In this document: positions 9,464-17,993 of the stretch, in pieces
Position numbering within the stretch: position 1 is the first letter of the stretch
Layout of the letters: each line of letters opens with the position of its first letter
Assembly: GCA_041946805.1 (NCBI GenBank)
Contig: JBHGBC010000050.1
Span: forward strand, 1 to 37,364
Direction: 5' to 3'
Source of the DNA: a bacterium
Lineage (GTDB): Bacteria > Hinthialibacterota > Hinthialibacteria > Hinthialibacterales > Hinthialibacteraceae
DNA: 37,364 nucleotides
Notes under the pieces: generated by a model
What the model saw: only the letters and a program-made list of their open reading frames with translations
The model's database searches: none
Told to the model about the DNA's origin: nothing
Position numbers and translations under genes: made by a program

Positions 9464-10313
9464 CCGCCTCCGCAATTACCTGGGCCTGGTCCGTTTCGCG
9501 CATACCATATTCGCGCTGCCCTTCGCCTTGATGAGCGCCTTGGTGGCCGCCCACGGCTTTCCCCCCCCCGCGGTCACCGGATGGATCCTCTTCTGCATGG
9601 TCACCGCCCGCACCAGCGCCATGACCTTCAACCGCATCGTGGACCGGAACCTCGACCGCCTCAATCCCCGCACGCGCGGCCGCCATCTCCCCGCGGGCCG
9701 GGTCAGCTTGGCGGAAGCCATCGGGTTGTGGCTCGTGTCGTCCGGCTTGTTCGTTTGGGGCGCGTGGCAGCTCAATGCCTTGGCGTTTGCGTTGTCGCCG
9801 CTGGCGTTGTTCATTATCTGCGGGTATTCGTTCTGCAAGCGCTTCACTTCACTCTCGCACCTGGTGCTGGGGCTGTCGTTGGGTATCGCCCCGGTGGGCG
9901 CGTGGATCGCCGTGACCGGTTCGCTCGAGTGGCTCCCCGTGCTGTTGGCCGCGGGCGTGCTGGCCTGGGTGGCGGGCTTCGACGTGATCTACGCCCTCAT
10001 GGATGAGGATTTCGACCGCCGCGTGGGCTTGCGGTCGCTGGTGGTCTCGCTGGGCCGGATCAACGCCCTGCGGGCCGCCTTCGCCCTGCATGCCGCCAGC
10101 GTGATCTGCATCGGGCTGTTCGGCTGGCGGGCGGACCTGGGATGGATTTACGGCCTGGGCATGGCGGGCTTCGCGGCGCTGATTCTCTACGAGCATTCGC
10201 TGGTCCGCCCGGACGACATCACCCGGGTGAACATTGCCTTCTTCAACGTGAACGGCCTCATTAGCATCGGCCTGTTTGCCTTCACGCTGCTCGATATATT
10301 CCTGGCAGGGTGA
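9456..10313 (+). CDS. ubiA: UbiA-family polyprenyltransferase (MqnP-like)
   Basis: Start ATG 9456 overlaps the end of ubiX. VRFAHTIFALPFA, ARTSAMTFNRIVDR..D..NPRT..R.LP.G and GFDVIYALMD..FD motifs. Confidence 0.9.
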   Translation: MLDRLRNYLGLVRFAHTIFALPFALMSALVAAHGFPPPAVTGWILFCMVTARTSAMTFNRIVDRNLDRLNPRTRGRHLPAGRVSLAEAIGLWLVSSGLFVWGAWQLNALAFALSPLALFIICGYSFCKRFTSLSHLVLGLSLGIAPVGAWIAVTGSLEWLPVLLAAGVLAWVAGFDVIYALMDEDFDRRVGLRSLVVSLGRINALRAAFALHAASVICIGLFGWRADLGWIYGLGMAGFAALILYEHSLVRPDDITRVNIAFFNVNGLISIGLFAFTLLDIFLAG

Positions 10314-10416
10314 GGTTGGATACCGCTCCTATTCCGGCCCGGCCGGCAAGCGCCCCGCGGAGAGGAAAACCATGTATTGAATGGACATAAAAGTCCATAT
10401 CTCCTCTACCCACATT

Positions 10417-10451
10417 CCCTCACCCTGGCCCTCTCCCCGAGGGAACAGAGA
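10417..10451. repeat. CCCTCACCC...CCCTCTCCC...GGGAGAGGG-type REP-like element (dispersed family)
   Basis: Related copies at 20261-20294, 21464-21497, 21624-21652 and 22843-22867, all intergenic. Confidence 0.7.
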
Positions 10452-10573
10452 AGCAGACCTGCCGCAAGGTTGCGGTGTTCGGCCTGGTATCCTGCATTTC
10501 CCGCGATTCCCTTTCTGGAAATAAGAATGTAAGAATTTATTTATGATTATAAAGACAAAATTCGAAAAATCGG

Positions 10574-11941
10574 GTGAATAAAATAGACCGAATTCTCGTC
10601 TTGAAAAGGACCGGGATTTCAACCCGCCGGGAAGGTCCTCCCTTGACCAGATTGCGAACGAACATTTTTGCGTGGGGGATTGTACTGACCGCATGGGCGC
10701 TGTTGGCCGGGGTGTTTTGGCTTTTACCCCCGGAACGGAAGACCGCGCGGCTGCCCATCGCATTGTATGTCTGGCAGCGGGATTGGACCCGTGACGTTAC
10801 GCCAGCGGTCGAACGCGCCGGTGAATCCACGGATGCCTTCCTGGTGCTCGCCGCCGAAATGAAAGGCGGGGAAGGGGGGACTCGTCTCGCGGCGCGGATG
10901 AATCCATCCTGGAAAACCTTGGCGAAATCGCAAAAGCCTGTGATTCCCGTCCTCCGTTTCGACGCTAAAAGCGCCGCCAATGTAGTTTCGTCTCAAATGA
11001 CGGAGACCGTCCGGCGCTGCGGGGAGTTGGTCCGCGGGATCGCGGCTGAAGCCGCCATTAACAACCTGACATTGAGTGAATTCCAGCTGGATTACGATTG
11101 TCCCACCTCCAAACTGGCCGATTACCGATCCTTTTTGATGGCGTTGAAGACGGAATGCCCGGATTGGGCCTTTTCCATCACCGTGTTACCCAGTTGGATG
11201 GAAAGCCCCGCCTTCGCGGGATTGATCCGAGAGACCACGGCCTATGTGCTGCAGGTTCATTCGCTGGACAAGCCCCGGACTGTCCAGGATCCCATCATCC
11301 TATGCGACACGAAAAGAATCCCCGGGTATCTCCGCCGGGCGGACCAACTGGGGCATCCTTATTATTTGGCGCTGCCCACGTATGGCTATGACGTTTTCTT
11401 CGATGAAAAGGGACGCTTCCAAGGCCTGAGCGCCGAACTCGAATCCGCGGCCTGGAATCCCGGAACCACGGTCAAGCGGGTGATGGCTGATGCGGAGGAG
11501 ATGGCCGGCGTGATCCGCTGGCTGCGGCGGGAGCCATCGGTGTATTGCCGGGGGGTGGCCTGGTTCCGGCTGCCGGTGGATGCGGACCGCCTGAACTGGC
11601 CTTGGCCCGCCCTGCAAGCCGTCATGGACGGGCGCAATCCCCGCATCTCTTTCGTGGCGGAAACGCGCAATCCTCAGCCGAATCTGTATGAGATTTGGGT
11701 GAGAAACACGGGCGAACAGAACGTGGCAGGGAATATTCGTTTTTCGATAAGCTCGATCGCGGGGAACGTGGTGGCTTATGACGTTTTGGGGGATTTTCTC
11801 GAAGGCGAACCGGCCGGCCAGTTCACCGGTCCCGCCCCCCGTTGCGGAGAGGAAACGCTGGCGGCGTGGTACCGCGTCGAGCCGGACGGCAATCCGGGGC
11901 ATACGAAAATTGCAATCGATACCGTGGAGGTGGTTCCATGA
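10574..11941 (+). CDS. DUF3142-family protein (membrane-anchored)
   Basis: LYVWQR.W, QLDYDCPTSKL..Y..FL, SITVLPSW, VLQVHS, LALPTYGY and WFRLPV..D..NW motifs. Start codon uncertain (10574 or slightly downstream). Confidence 0.8.
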   Translation: MNKIDRILVLKRTGISTRREGPPLTRLRTNIFAWGIVLTAWALLAGVFWLLPPERKTARLPIALYVWQRDWTRDVTPAVERAGESTDAFLVLAAEMKGGEGGTRLAARMNPSWKTLAKSQKPVIPVLRFDAKSAANVVSSQMTETVRRCGELVRGIAAEAAINNLTLSEFQLDYDCPTSKLADYRSFLMALKTECPDWAFSITVLPSWMESPAFAGLIRETTAYVLQVHSLDKPRTVQDPIILCDTKRIPGYLRRADQLGHPYYLALPTYGYDVFFDEKGRFQGLSAELESAAWNPGTTVKRVMADAEEMAGVIRWLRREPSVYCRGVAWFRLPVDADRLNWPWPALQAVMDGRNPRISFVAETRNPQPNLYEIWVRNTGEQNVAGNIRFSISSIAGNVVAYDVLGDFLEGEPAGQFTGPAPRCGEETLAAWYRVEPDGNPGHTKIAIDTVEVVP

Positions 11942-13995
11942 GGAGGCCGTATCCGGCGTTCATCGCGGGGCTTATCGTTCTTTGGATTTCTCCATCGTAT
12001 GCGTGTTACCCTACTTTTTCTGTCGCCTATTTATGGGGAGGCAATGAAGGACAGATTCTTTCCGTTCCCAAGTTGGAGTTCTATCAACTCTTGCTGGAAT
12101 TAGCCGGGATTGAACCCCAGGAGACACAATCCCGGCCGAAATGGCGGACTACCCTCGAAATGGATCTCAACGACCTGCGTGAGGCTTTAGCAACGGCAGG
12201 TTGGCCCGCCGAAAAACGGGACGCGGCGCTGCGGCAATATGAAGCCCTGCGCAAGGCCATGAAAACCTACGCCGACGGCTCGGATCAGGACAGTTGTTTT
12301 TGTTTCAGCCCCTGTGAACCCAAGGCCCGTTTCGATCTGTCTCCCCATGAAACATTTCTCCAGGAATTGCCCTTGGAGTTCGCCCTGTATGTCCGGGGAG
12401 CGGCCGCCTACCGGGGAAACAATTTCGAGGAAGCAGTCGAATTTTGGGATGAACTGCTGGCTCTCCCGCCCGAGCAAAGGCGCTACCGCTCCACCTGGGC
12501 GGCCTTCATGCTGGGGAAAGCGTGGATCGTGCTCGATGTGGCCCGGGCGGGATTTTATTTCGAACAAACCCGCTCGCTGGCCCGTCAAGGATTCCGTGAT
12601 CCACTCGGTTTGAGCCAGGACAGCCAGGGGTGGGAAGGGATGGTCTTCTTCAAACAAAAACGCTACCCGGAAGCCATGCGCCGCTATTTTGAATTGTTCC
12701 TGGCGAAACCCGAACAAGCGGAGAATGTCAGCTCCCTGATGTGGTGTTGTTCCCGGATTTTTCAGGAACCCTCCGTGGACAGGATGGTGGTGGAAGATCC
12801 CCTGTGCCGGAAGATCGTCGCGGCATGGATCATGGCAGGGGATTATCCCATCAAATATCAAGAATGGATGGACGCGGTGACGGCCGCCGGGGTGACGCTC
12901 GATCCGGACGAGGCGGGAGCCCTGGCCTGGATCAGTTACAAGGTGGGCGACATCGAACGGGCGCGGAAATGGTTGTCCATGGCGGAGTCTTTGAGCCAGA
13001 GAGGAAAATGGATCCAGTCCAAAATCCATCTGCGGGACGGAAAGATCGACGAGGCGGTGGAATTGCTGCGTTCCCTCACGGACGCGTTTCCGGCTTACGA
13101 GGATGCCGATCTGCGCGCCGAGCTGGGCGTGCTGAAACTGGGCCGCCGGGAATACCTCGAGGCGATGGATACCTTCGCGCGCGGCAACTGTTGGGAAGAC
13201 GCGGCCTATGTCGCCGAGCGGGTGCTGACCGTGGCGGAACTGGAGGGATACCTTCAAAAGCACGCCAAGGATGCCGTCTTGATGAACAACCGGGCCGGGT
13301 GGTGGTCTAATCAGCGTCCAGTCCTGGAGAAAATCCGTTACCTGCTCGCCCGGCGTCTGGCGCGCCAGGGGGAATGGGAAAAAGCCGGGAAGTATTACCC
13401 GGAAGATATTCTCAAGACCGCCAAGGAATACTCATGGTTCCTTCGGGAGGGTCAAAACGCCAAAAACTCGAACCGGAAACGGGCGGAAAACCTCATCGCG
13501 GCCGCGCGGCTGGCCCGGCAACAGGGAATGGAACTGATGGGCACCGAGGTGGATCCGGATTGGACGGCGTATGGGGGGCATTTCCGGTTTCGCGGGGCCA
13601 CCGAATCCCGCCTCGCGGACCAGCACAACACCAATTTCCCCCAAGCGCCCGCTTCGCTGGTCAAGGTCTTATCCGCCGGGAAAGACGAGAAGGAACGGGC
13701 CGCGCGCCATGCCCCCCGGCCCGAGGAACGCTTCCATTACCGGTACATCGCGGCGGACCTCATGTGGCAGGCCGCGAAACTGCTGCCCGATAACGATCCC
13801 CTCCTCGCCCGGGCGCTGTACGAGGGCGGCCTGTTTCTCGCGAATCGTGATGCCGGGAAGGCGGACAAATTCTACAAGGCCCTGGTGCGCCGTTGCGGCC
13901 GGTTGCCCATCGGCCAGGAAGCCGATAAGCGCAAATGGTTCCCACCCAGTTTCGAGGTGACGCAACCGGAGCAAGATGAAGAAAGAGGGACATGA
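11938..13995 (+). CDS. Exported TPR-like helical protein, partner of DUF3142
   Basis: ATGA overlap with the upstream stop and GGAGG RBS; signal peptide MRRPYPAFIAGLIVLWISPSYA-C. RSTWAAFMLGK, WEDAAYVAERVLT, LARRLAR and RFHYRYIAA..AA.LLP motifs. Confidence 0.8.
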   Translation: MRRPYPAFIAGLIVLWISPSYACYPTFSVAYLWGGNEGQILSVPKLEFYQLLLELAGIEPQETQSRPKWRTTLEMDLNDLREALATAGWPAEKRDAALRQYEALRKAMKTYADGSDQDSCFCFSPCEPKARFDLSPHETFLQELPLEFALYVRGAAAYRGNNFEEAVEFWDELLALPPEQRRYRSTWAAFMLGKAWIVLDVARAGFYFEQTRSLARQGFRDPLGLSQDSQGWEGMVFFKQKRYPEAMRRYFELFLAKPEQAENVSSLMWCCSRIFQEPSVDRMVVEDPLCRKIVAAWIMAGDYPIKYQEWMDAVTAAGVTLDPDEAGALAWISYKVGDIERARKWLSMAESLSQRGKWIQSKIHLRDGKIDEAVELLRSLTDAFPAYEDADLRAELGVLKLGRREYLEAMDTFARGNCWEDAAYVAERVLTVAELEGYLQKHAKDAVLMNNRAGWWSNQRPVLEKIRYLLARRLARQGEWEKAGKYYPEDILKTAKEYSWFLREGQNAKNSNRKRAENLIAAARLARQQGMELMGTEVDPDWTAYGGHFRFRGATESRLADQHNTNFPQAPASLVKVLSAGKDEKERAARHAPRPEERFHYRYIAADLMWQAAKLLPDNDPLLARALYEGGLFLANRDAGKADKFYKALVRRCGRLPIGQEADKRKWFPPSFEVTQPEQDEERGT

Positions 13996-14040
13996 TCGAA
14001 AAAAGGAAGCAGGTAAGGGTAGTGAAGCGGAATCCAACCA

Positions 14041-14982
14041 TCACCCCGCCGCTTGGTTGAAACGGTCGATGGCCTGCTTGCCCTTGCGGGCGGCATCGTA
14101 TTGATCGGGGATTTCCCACCCGTCGATCATGATCCACCCCTTGAAACCCCGATCCCGAAGAATTTGGAGCGAGACATCGATTTGGGCATGGCCGTCGCCG
14201 CAGGGCAGATGCTTGGAAGTCCCTCCATCGCGCAGGGCGCCGTCGGTGTCGGTCAGTTGCAGATAGCCGACGTTTTCCACCCCGATCCGCAGCAGCATTT
14301 CGTGTGGCTTGCCGGACGAGCCGTTCATCAGGTCGAAATGGCTGGGATCGTAAATCACTCTAAGCGCGGGATGATTGGCCTTTTCCAGGATAGCCCGCAT
14401 GTGTTCCTCGGTGTTGAAAACAAAAGGCGGCTCGATTTCGAACGCGGGGATGAGACCGAGTCCGGCGGCGATATCGGCCGCCGCGTGGAACGATTCGGCG
14501 AGCCGGTTTAAAGCTTCGTCGATTGTCTGTCCGCGCAAACCGCCGCCCGGCCACATGCCCAGGCACTCGCAGCCCACGGCCTGGGCGAAGCGCGCGCGGT
14601 CCTCGAACTGCCGGAGCCATTCCTTCCGGACGGAGGGATCGGGATCGAAGGCCGCGGCCACGCCGTTTTGAATCGAGAAGATCCGGAGACCGAAGCCGTC
14701 GTACAACCGGCGCAGGGCGCGGATCCGGTCCGTTTCCCCGGCCTGGGGATATCCGCCCATGGGCCAGTCCTCGACCAGTTCCACGCCTTCGAAACCGGCG
14801 TTGGCGGCGAAATCCAGAATTTCCCACAGGGGATGAAGTTTTTTGTATTTCCCCGCCACCGAGGCGAAGCCGTTCAGGCCGATGGCGGCCTTCCAGGGTT
14901 TTTCGGCCGCGCCCCGGGAAGGCGATGCCGCCGCGAGGATCCCCGCCGCCGCCAAGGTTTTCAGCACATCCCGCCGTTGCAT
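14041..14982 (-). CDS. Tat-exported sugar phosphate isomerase/epimerase-family (AP endonuclease 2 TIM barrel) protein
   Basis: MQRRDVLK twin-arginine signal; GFEGVEL, FEIEP, YDPSHF and HLPCGDG motifs. Confidence 0.85.
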   Translation of the reverse strand: MQRRDVLKTLAAAGILAAASPSRGAAEKPWKAAIGLNGFASVAGKYKKLHPLWEILDFAANAGFEGVELVEDWPMGGYPQAGETDRIRALRRLYDGFGLRIFSIQNGVAAAFDPDPSVRKEWLRQFEDRARFAQAVGCECLGMWPGGGLRGQTIDEALNRLAESFHAAADIAAGLGLIPAFEIEPPFVFNTEEHMRAILEKANHPALRVIYDPSHFDLMNGSSGKPHEMLLRIGVENVGYLQLTDTDGALRDGGTSKHLPCGDGHAQIDVSLQILRDRGFKGWIMIDGWEIPDQYDAARKGKQAIDRFNQAAG

Positions 14983-15007
14983 GACACAATCCTTTCTGGT
15001 GTGAACC

Positions 15008-15156
15008 TAGGGTGGGTTGAGCCATGCGGAACCCACCATGACCAACTAATCCTCATTCGTCATAGAATAGAACTGGGGAGGGCGAGGCTCCCGCCGAGCC
15101 GGGCCTATTCAAAACCGCCTCGAATCAATGCGGCTCATCCGGAGGTTCGCCCTCCC
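15008..15156. repeat. Two REP-like elements: TAGGGTGGGTT...AACCCACC (15008-15037) and an inverted pair GGGAGGGCGAGGCTCCCGCCGAGCCG / CGGCTCATCCGGAGGTTCGCCCTCCC (15076-15156)
   Basis: Imperfect inverted repeats read directly from the sequence; the first type recurs at 21243-21274. Confidence 0.7.
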
Positions 15157-15242
15157 GATCGAAGGCTTTCCCGCGTCTAAGAGAAGGCAGGCTATATAGA
15201 ATAGATTGACGTTTCGCGCATCCTCTCCAACTCCAACTCCAA

Positions 15243-15941
15243 CTACTCCTGGATCGGCTTGTAGAAGATATTGCGGTACAGGACCAGGCCGTGGTTGCCC
15301 TGCAGGTAGAGCGGGCCTTCCTCGATCACGTTGTTGTTCAACGCCGCGCCGGTGACACCCTCGATCTCCACGTGGTCGAGGATCTTGACGCCGTTTTGGA
15401 ACACGGTGATGCGGGGCTTTTGGACCACCTTGCCGTTATCCACCTTGGCCTTGTGATAGATGGCGTGGAAGCATTGCCAGGCGCCGGGGGATTTGGAGGC
15501 GTTGGTGGAGGGGGCCACCTTGCCGTAAATCGCTCCGCAATCCTGATCGGTGGGTTTCTCCTTGCCGAAACTGTCGAAGACCTGGATTTCGTATTGGCCG
15601 ATCAGGTACACGCCGCTGTTGCTGTTCTGGGGAACCATGAACTCGATGTACAGCTCATGGCTGCCCAGGGAGGTGTCGCTGATGAGGTCGATGCCGTGCA
15701 GTCCTTCCTTTGTGGGCGGGACGTTGACCAGCACGCCGTTGATGGCGCACCAGCTGGCGAGGTTGCTGGCGTCCGGCTTGCCGCGGTAGTGCCAGCCGTC
15801 CAGGTTCTGGCCATTGAAGAGCGAAACCCAGCCGCCGCCCGCGGGGGCCTTGGTGAGAGGAGTGACTTCCGCCGCGGGAACGCCCAGGACCAGGACCGCG
15901 CCGAGCAGTAACGTGAGACTCAGGATACCGGCTTGCTTCAT
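15243..15941 (-). CDS. DUF1080 (3-keto-disaccharide hydrolase family) exported protein
   Basis: Signal peptide; WVSLFNGQNLDGW, LYIEF, NSGVYL...YEIQVFDS and LQGNHG.V.YRNI motifs. Confidence 0.9.
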   Translation of the reverse strand: MKQAGILSLTLLLGAVLVLGVPAAEVTPLTKAPAGGGWVSLFNGQNLDGWHYRGKPDASNLASWCAINGVLVNVPPTKEGLHGIDLISDTSLGSHELYIEFMVPQNSNSGVYLIGQYEIQVFDSFGKEKPTDQDCGAIYGKVAPSTNASKSPGAWQCFHAIYHKAKVDNGKVVQKPRITVFQNGVKILDHVEIEGVTGAALNNNVIEEGPLYLQGNHGLVLYRNIFYKPIQE

Positions 15942-16461
15942 GATTACTTTCCTTTCTGTTCGCTATGCGTCGAGTATGGAATGATGCTACTCCACCCGGC
16001 GCGAACGTGAAAGACGGGGGGACAGAATAACCGGGGGAAAGACCGGGCGGGAAGAAGGAACGCGCAGGGCGGAATCCTCGGGATGTTCCATGTGGATGCA
16101 ACCGATTCGCGACGCGTATCCCATCCCCGCGCGTCTCCCGTGTCGGCTGTCCGTTTCCGCTTCCCTCCGGAAGCCGCGGGGAACGGAAAAAACTTCTGGA
16201 ACCGGCCGGCGGGGATTCGCTTCGGACGAATTCCCAGGCGGGCATGTAATTCAGATATGAATCAATTCCAAAATATAAATATACATTAGTTATGTTTATA
16301 CCCATATTGCATCTAAATCAATCATTCCGGTTGAGTATTTTCCAACCCGGGGGGGGTATCCGGTTGCCGGATCCCCTCCGGGGGACGGATTGGGTCACGA
16401 GACGGTCAGGGAGACACGAAAAATGCAATCGTTTTTCCCGGTTGCGAAAGGGAATTTTCCC

Positions 16462-16490
16462 TTGACGGGCCCGGTTCATGCCTCTACCAT
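16462..16490 (+). promoter_or_regulatory. Sigma70-type promoter for the RsbW-like gene
   Basis: TTGACG-17 bp-TACCAT. It lies inside the ORF-track N-terminal extension, supporting a start at 16549 or later. Confidence 0.55.
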
Positions 16491-16548
16491 GGGACAAGGA
16501 TTGGGTGAGTTAAGTGGTTGGCAGGTTTTGCGGTCACATGAAATAGAC

Positions 16549-17007
16549 ATGTGTGATGGTGTGATGGAACGTATGCTTGACTTTCGCATCGCCAGCAAAA
16601 TCGAGAACATTTATCCCGTGGAACGGGAAATCCTCCAACAGGCCAACCAGTTGGGGTATGATGATGATGCCTGTTTTTGCTTGCGCTTGGCCCTGGATGA
16701 AGCGTTGATCAACGCCATCATTCATGGCAACCGCAACGCGGAAGAGAAGAAGATCCATATCAAGGCCCGGTTCAATTCGGGCAGTGTCGCCATTACCGTG
16801 AAAGATGAAGGAGAGGGTTTTGATCAGTCCAAATTGTTCGATCCGACGCAAGCGCCCCATTTGTTTGAAACGCACGGCCGCGGCGTGTTCTTGATCCGGC
16901 AGTTTACCCAGGAATTGCGCTTCAACGAGAAAGGCAATGAAATCACCTTTGTCGTGTATCAATCCCAATCCCCGGCCGCGCTGCAATCCAATCCAATAGT
17001 GAACTGA
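16549..17007 (+). CDS. RsbW/SpoIIAB-like anti-sigma factor / Ser kinase (HATPase_c_2)
   Basis: LALDEALINAIIHGN, VKDEGEGFD, HGRGVFLI and GNEI motifs. Start could be 16549, 16564 or 16573. Confidence 0.88.
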   Translation: MCDGVMERMLDFRIASKIENIYPVEREILQQANQLGYDDDACFCLRLALDEALINAIIHGNRNAEEKKIHIKARFNSGSVAITVKDEGEGFDQSKLFDPTQAPHLFETHGRGVFLIRQFTQELRFNEKGNEITFVVYQSQSPAALQSNPIVN

Positions 17008-17171
17008 ATGGATATAGTTTCTCTAGGATAACGTATCCAGAGAACGAACTATGTGGTTCGCGCCCGTAACCAATCCAATAAACGGTTCGTTGCAACCAAC
17101 GATGCATGAGTGATTTCCACACAGATTTCGCAACCGCAACCTGCGTGTAAACCATCGCGTGAGGAGGGATT

Positions 17172-17696
17172 ATGGGAACCGCCAATAGACGAACGTTCAG
17201 GAGTTTGAATACGGTCTTGGCAGTTTGGCTGTCGGCTGTCTTGACAGGATGCGCGGGATATAGCCTGGTCCGCGTTCCCCACCCGCTCCCGACCTCGGGG
17301 ATCGGAGAACCCGGCCGCACGTTGGAAATCCCGCCGCCGCCCGCTACGGTTTCGCCACCCGCCGCTCCCGAAAATCCGCCGTTGTCTACTGCTTCCGGAA
17401 AATCCCAACTTGAACAAGTGGGAGTGGCCACATATTATGGCTCCGACTTCCACGGCCGCCGGACGGCCAGCGGCGAACGCTTCAACATGTACGCCATGAC
17501 CGCCGCCCACCGCTCGCTCCCCTTTAACACCAAGGTCAAAATCACCAACCTGGACAACGACAAAGTGGCGTATGTCCGCATCAACGACCGCGGCCCCTTC
17601 CAAAAGAACCGGATCATCGATCTCTCCCGCGCCGCCGCCAAGGAACTGGGTTTTGAACAAAAAGGCATCGCCCGCGTCCGGATTGAGATTCTTTAA
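17172..17696 (+). CDS. rlpA: Septal ring lytic transglycosylase RlpA-family lipoprotein
   Basis: Lipobox VLTG-C; GVATYYG..FHGRRTASGERFNMYAMTAAH.SLPF and VRINDRGPF...RIIDLS motifs; GAGGAGG RBS. No SPOR domain. Confidence 0.92.
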   Translation: MGTANRRTFRSLNTVLAVWLSAVLTGCAGYSLVRVPHPLPTSGIGEPGRTLEIPPPPATVSPPAAPENPPLSTASGKSQLEQVGVATYYGSDFHGRRTASGERFNMYAMTAAHRSLPFNTKVKITNLDNDKVAYVRINDRGPFQKNRIIDLSRAAAKELGFEQKGIARVRIEIL

Positions 17697-17993
17697 CTTC
17701 ATTCTTGTTGCGGTCTGAACTATTTCCCCGGTCCATTCCACGTACGAAGATTGGCAGTCCGCCAGGATTTGAATTCACCGGATCCATCCCGCCGGATTGA
17801 GTCCGGACGGAAGGGCTTCCGGTTTGCCGTGCGGTTCTTCAGCGAGCGCCGCCGGCACGGCATGCGCCGGGGCCCAAGGTTTCAATTCTGGGCCAGAAGC
17901 GTCGTAGATACCCACTTGCCGGATGAATCTTAAATCATGGGGGAATCGCAGGCGTTGTACGGAGATTGGGGGCGTGAAATCACTCTCCCGCGT

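Noticed and set aside
15942..16460. Possible ncRNA or riboswitch in the long divergent intergenic region (also 17700-17990 and 36194-36379)
   Set aside because: GC-rich hairpins are possible, but I recognise no tmRNA, RNase P, SRP, 6S or riboswitch consensus; an Rfam scan would be needed.
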